Below, one piece after another: positions 60,391 to 64,000 of a stretch of DNA of 64,000 bases; within the stretch, counting starts at the first letter, position 1, and each line of letters starts with the position of its first letter. The DNA comes from Lacisediminimonas sp. (GTDB taxonomy: Bacteria; Pseudomonadota; Gammaproteobacteria; Burkholderiales; Burkholderiaceae_D): the NCBI RefSeq assembly GCF_030645335.1, contig NZ_JAUSNH010000042.1, forward strand, positions 25,199 to 89,198. The letters run 5' to 3'. The notes under the pieces are model-generated. The model ran no database searches. It was given only the letters and a program-made list of their open reading frames with translations, and was not told where the DNA came from. Made by a program: the position numbers and the translations under genes.

Positions 60391-61432
60391 CCGCCTCCCA
60401 GCCCAGGTGTAATAGCGAATTGAAAAATGGCTGCGCGGCTTCACTGCCCAGGAACTGGCGGCCGGCTTCACGCATCGCTTCGATACGTGCCATGGGGATC
60501 AGCCTGACCTCGTTCCACATATCGTCCCAGGAAGCATATTGCCTGCAGTCGATGAACACATCCTGCGGGACATAGCGAAGGATGTCCGGGGCGCCCAGGT
60601 AGAGCGGAATGGTTCCGGCATAGAGGCAGTCGAACAACTTTTCCGTGATATAGCCGTTCATTGCAATATTTTCGAAGCACAGGCAAAACGCATAGCGCTG
60701 CAGCACTTCGAACTTGGACGCGCAAGCGCCCCGGTAGATCGACATCAGCGTGCGACGGTTGCGCCAATAGGGCATCCAGCGCGCCTCGCCTGACCACCAG
60801 CGCTCCCAGCCACGACCGAACAGGTCTACCGCGCCTGTGGGCGCCAGCGCCGCCATCGCATCGATGCGCTTGCTGTACAGCTCCTTGTGGAACGAGCGCG
60901 GCTTGTGGCTGCCGTTGATCACTACGATGCGCTGCATCCGGTCGCGCTGGCTCCAATAGGGCTCCAGCACTTCGGCGTGGGGCAGCGGCCAGTAGAGCCG
61001 CCTGAGTTTGTCCTGCTGCACCCCGGCCAGGGAATAGCAGTCGCCATCGATATTGTGCACATAGACCCGCTCGAAGGCATTCGTGAGCGCCGGCAAGGCC
61101 TGGTACAGGTGCGGTGCGACCACCGGCGGCTCCATGATCACGAAGGCCTTCAGCCTGGCCCGGCCTTCGCGGGCGATGCGCTGGTAATTGTCCAGGATGC
61201 CCAGCGAGTAATAGCTACAAGCGCTTGTTGCGCCTGGATCGGCATCGCCCGACAACAGGTAATCCGCCGTATGGACGGATTTGCCGAGCGCGTGCAAATG
61301 TTCCCGCAGGCGATGGAATGGCAGCAATTGGTCATCGCGATTGAGCATGGGATCGCCCAAGTCGAATAACTTGTCCTGGTTGAAGACAGGATAAGAGGGG
61401 TCGATAAAAATATTGTCGCTTGGGCGATTCAT
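60383..61432 (-). CDS. GT10-family (alpha-1,3-fucosyltransferase-like) glycosyltransferase
   Basis: YAFCLCFEN...GYITEKLFD...AGTIPLYLG, the GT10 signature. Confidence 0.82.
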   Translation of the reverse strand: MNRPSDNIFIDPSYPVFNQDKLFDLGDPMLNRDDQLLPFHRLREHLHALGKSVHTADYLLSGDADPGATSACSYYSLGILDNYQRIAREGRARLKAFVIMEPPVVAPHLYQALPALTNAFERVYVHNIDGDCYSLAGVQQDKLRRLYWPLPHAEVLEPYWSQRDRMQRIVVINGSHKPRSFHKELYSKRIDAMAALAPTGAVDLFGRGWERWWSGEARWMPYWRNRRTLMSIYRGACASKFEVLQRYAFCLCFENIAMNGYITEKLFDCLYAGTIPLYLGAPDILRYVPQDVFIDCRQYASWDDMWNEVRLIPMARIEAMREAGRQFLGSEAAQPFFNSLLHLGWEADE

Positions 61433-61468
61433 CACGGTTCTTGAATTGTGGCTGGGTTGCGGCCGGCC

Positions 61469-62404
61469 TTAAACACCGGCGTCCAGCAATGCAGCGGTGG
61501 CGTCGAGGACACCATCCAGGGAGCTGAGCGCGGGCGCATAGCCAAAGCGGCTGGCACGGCGATTGAGCGAGTAGTAACAGGGCTTGTGTCCGGTTGCGTT
61601 GACGCCCGCCTGCTCCGGCGACACCGTATAGCGCAGCCCGAATGCGGCCTGCAAGGCTTGCAGCAATTCCGTCTTCTCGATCGGCGCCTTGCTATAGCAG
61701 TCGATCACATCGTTGGCCGGCGGCGCGGCCAGCACGGCATCGACCAGGGCGCAAAAATCGCTGGCATGAAGATAGTCGCGCACAGTCCGTGCAGCGGACG
61801 TCTGCAATATGGTGCGGTCGCGGATCGCGCGGAGGGCATCGGTGACCAGGAAGCGCGCCGACAGGTCCTGCGTGCGGCTGATGTAATTGAAAATGCGAAT
61901 ATCCATGATCGGCAGCCCGGCATGCGCCCGGTGCCGGCACTCGGCATGGGCCTTGGCCATGCCATACCAAGCATCACTTCCCAGCGCATTGATGGGAAAG
62001 GCGGCCTGGCTGTCCTCGTCCACCGGCGACTCGAAACGACTGCCATAGGCAGCGCCGCTGCTGGTAAACAGATAGCGGCAGCGCGGATGGCGCTGCACAT
62101 ACTCCAGCGCGAGACTGTCGAATCGATGCGTCAGGTCCAGGATTTCCGCGCCCATGGACAAGGCCCTGGCCGGATCGCCGACGCCGACGAAATTGATCAA
62201 CGCGAAGTACTCGCCACCCTCGCCAAAATGCGCATAGGACCCGACCTGGGCGTGGCAGGCGATACCATTCTGGTGCAGCCAGTCGAGCATCTGCTGTGGC
62301 CTGCGCACGAACAGATGGAGCGCCGTGCCAGGCTGCTGGGCGAGCCACAGGATCAGGTCTCCCGCAATGCGGCTCGACGCGCCCAGGATGGCGATGCGCT
62401 TCAT
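61469..62404 (-). CDS. NAD-dependent epimerase/dehydratase family protein
   Basis: ILGASSRIA (degenerate Rossmann motif), SSGAAYG, YGMAK, RIFN, RDYLH. Confidence 0.8.
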   Translation of the reverse strand: MKRIAILGASSRIAGDLILWLAQQPGTALHLFVRRPQQMLDWLHQNGIACHAQVGSYAHFGEGGEYFALINFVGVGDPARALSMGAEILDLTHRFDSLALEYVQRHPRCRYLFTSSGAAYGSRFESPVDEDSQAAFPINALGSDAWYGMAKAHAECRHRAHAGLPIMDIRIFNYISRTQDLSARFLVTDALRAIRDRTILQTSAARTVRDYLHASDFCALVDAVLAAPPANDVIDCYSKAPIEKTELLQALQAAFGLRYTVSPEQAGVNATGHKPCYYSLNRRASRFGYAPALSSLDGVLDATAALLDAGV

Positions 62405-63318
62405 CAGGACTTTTGCATGAATTGCCCGATCCGTTCGGTGACGGCGTGCGCATCCAGCCCATGTTCCTGCAACAGGTAGTCATAGGTGCCACAGTGCTGT
62501 GAATAGCGGTCCTGCACGCCAATGCGCAGCACCCGGGTGGGTGCGTGCTCGGCCACCAGCTCGCAGACCAGGGAGCCGAAGCCGGCGTGGACCGAGTGCT
62601 CCTCCATGCAGACGACGGTCTGCGCCTGGCGGGCAATGTCGATGACACGGGCGGCGTCGATCGGTTTGATGAACGGCGCGCTCCACACGGAGGCTTGCGG
62701 GTAAAAGCGGTCGGCGATGTCGATGGCGGTGCGCACCATGGAGCCCGTGGCGAGAAACACCAGGTCTGTGCCGCCCTGCCGCACCGGCAGCAGGTCGCCG
62801 ACATTGGCCGTGACTGGCGCGCCATGCACATCGCCCCGGTCTGCCTTGCCGATGCGCAGGTAAATGGTTGTTGAGGCCTGGGCGCTCAATTCCAGGCAGC
62901 GGGTCAGCTCGTGGCGGTCGGCCGGGGAGTAGACCTGCAGATTGGCCAGCGCCCTGGTCACGGCGATGTCTTCGGTCGCCTGGTGGCTGGTTCCCAGGTG
63001 GCTGTAGACCATGCCGGCGCCGTCACCGATCAGGACCACCGGCAGGCTGTCATGCGCAAGGTCGATCTTGATTTGCTCCAGCACCCTGATCGGCACGAAG
63101 GCGGCGAGGCCGTAGACATAGGGCCGGAATCCGGCGCGCGCCATGCCGGCGGCAACGCCGATCATGTTCTGCTCTGCGATGCCGGCATTGATGTACTGGT
63201 CCGGACAGACCCGGCGGAACTCGTCGAACAGCGCATAACCATGGTCGCCGGTCAGCAGCACGACCCGTGGATCGGCACGCGCGATATCGGCCAGGGTTTT
63301 CGAAAAAGCGGCCCTCAC
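62404..63318 (-). CDS. Transketolase, C-terminal (pyrimidine-binding) subunit
   Basis: MRAAF, NAGIAEQNMIGVAAG, GTSHQATED, YLRIGK, EEHS..AGFG. Confidence 0.92.
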   Translation of the reverse strand: MRAAFSKTLADIARADPRVVLLTGDHGYALFDEFRRVCPDQYINAGIAEQNMIGVAAGMARAGFRPYVYGLAAFVPIRVLEQIKIDLAHDSLPVVLIGDGAGMVYSHLGTSHQATEDIAVTRALANLQVYSPADRHELTRCLELSAQASTTIYLRIGKADRGDVHGAPVTANVGDLLPVRQGGTDLVFLATGSMVRTAIDIADRFYPQASVWSAPFIKPIDAARVIDIARQAQTVVCMEEHSVHAGFGSLVCELVAEHAPTRVLRIGVQDRYSQHCGTYDYLLQEHGLDAHAVTERIGQFMQKS

Positions 63319-64000
63319 CTGGCGGGCTCCAGATCAAGGCATGCCAGTGCTTGCCGATAGGTGTCGTCAGTCAGCCGCGTGTAATGCCAGCGGTTGTCGT
63401 CCTCCATGAAAGCAACGCCCTTGCCCTTGACCGTGCGGGCAATGATTGCCTTGGGCGCGGTTTTTGCGCTCTGGCCCAGGGCTGCAATGGCTTCATCGAG
63501 TGCGTGCTGGTCATGGCCATCCACCGACACGGCTTCAAAACCAAAGGCTTCCAGCTTGCGCTGCAGCGAATCCAGGTCGAGTACATCGCGGGTCCTGCCC
63601 ATGGCCTGGAAACCGTTTTCATCCACGATCACCATGAAGTTCTTCAGTTGATGGTGGGCGGCAAACAGGGCGCCTTCCCAGATCGGTCCTTCATTCATTT
63701 CGCCATCGCCGACGACGACAAAGGTTTTCTGGTCGGTGCCCAGCCGCTTGGCCGCCAATGCCATGCCGACGCCGACCGAGAAGCCATGTCCGAGGGAGCC
63801 GGAAGTTACTTCCAGGCCGGGGACGCGGGAATCGGACAGCCCCTTGAGATGGCTGCCGTCTGCAAAATAATTCCGGATCGCGTTGTCATCCAGCCATTCC
63901 AGTTCCCGCATGCAGGCATATTGGGCCATCACGCCATGCCCCTTGCTCAGCACCAGGTAGTCGCGGCCCGTCGCTTCGGGATCGTTGCCCGGATAGCGCA
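63315..64000 (-). CDS. Transketolase, N-terminal (TPP-binding) subunit, 5'-truncated by the window
   Basis: RDYLVLSKGH, GSLGHG, GDGEMNEG..N, TVKGKG, WH; frame stays open to the window edge. Confidence 0.92.
   Translation of the reverse strand, partial: RYPGNDPEATGRDYLVLSKGHGVMAQYACMRELEWLDDNAIRNYFADGSHLKGLSDSRVPGLEVTSGSLGHGFSVGVGMALAAKRLGTDQKTFVVVGDGEMNEGPIWEGALFAAHHQLKNFMVIVDENGFQAMGRTRDVLDLDSLQRKLEAFGFEAVSVDGHDQHALDEAIAALGQSAKTAPKAIIARTVKGKGVAFMEDDNRWHYTRLTDDTYRQALACLDLEPAR

Noticed and set aside
1-64000. CRISPR array, IS elements, prophage, retron/DGR
   Set aside because: No spaced direct repeats and no transposase, integrase, reverse transcriptase or phage genes were recognised.

Overview
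High-GC betaproteobacterial chromosome segment. The gene order and Bug/FadP-type proteins suggest Burkholderiales, probably Oxalobacteraceae (inference). About 1-45 kb is mostly conserved core: ychF, pth-rplY-prs-tRNA-Gln-ispE-lolB-TPR, mutM-dynamin-like GTPase-mutY, rapZ-hprK-ptsN, queF, ilvA, a large FAD/Fe-S oxidoreductase, ubiE-Tim44-ubiJ-ubiB, aspS-nudB, clsB, a TetR(FadP)-led beta-oxidation operon and rnpB. A small IclR/flavin-reductase/Bug module sits between ychF and pth. About 45.9-64 kb is a surface-polysaccharide (O-antigen-like) locus: rfaH-epimerase-phosphoglycosyltransferase-WbpM on + converge with a long - strand operon (split transketolase, epimerase, GT10, GT2, GT4s, Wzy-like protein, an 819-aa flippase/O-antigen-ligase fusion and a probable UDP-L-QuiNAc pathway). 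The most notable observations are the Wzx-Wzy_C fusion and its sugar-tailoring neighbours, a ~100-nt rod-like hairpin sRNA candidate between rnpB and rfaH, a solo ABC ATPase with substituted catalytic motifs, and the dynamin-like GTPase between mutM and mutY. No transposase, integrase, prophage or CRISPR array was seen. All calls come from motif recognition by eye; no searches were run.
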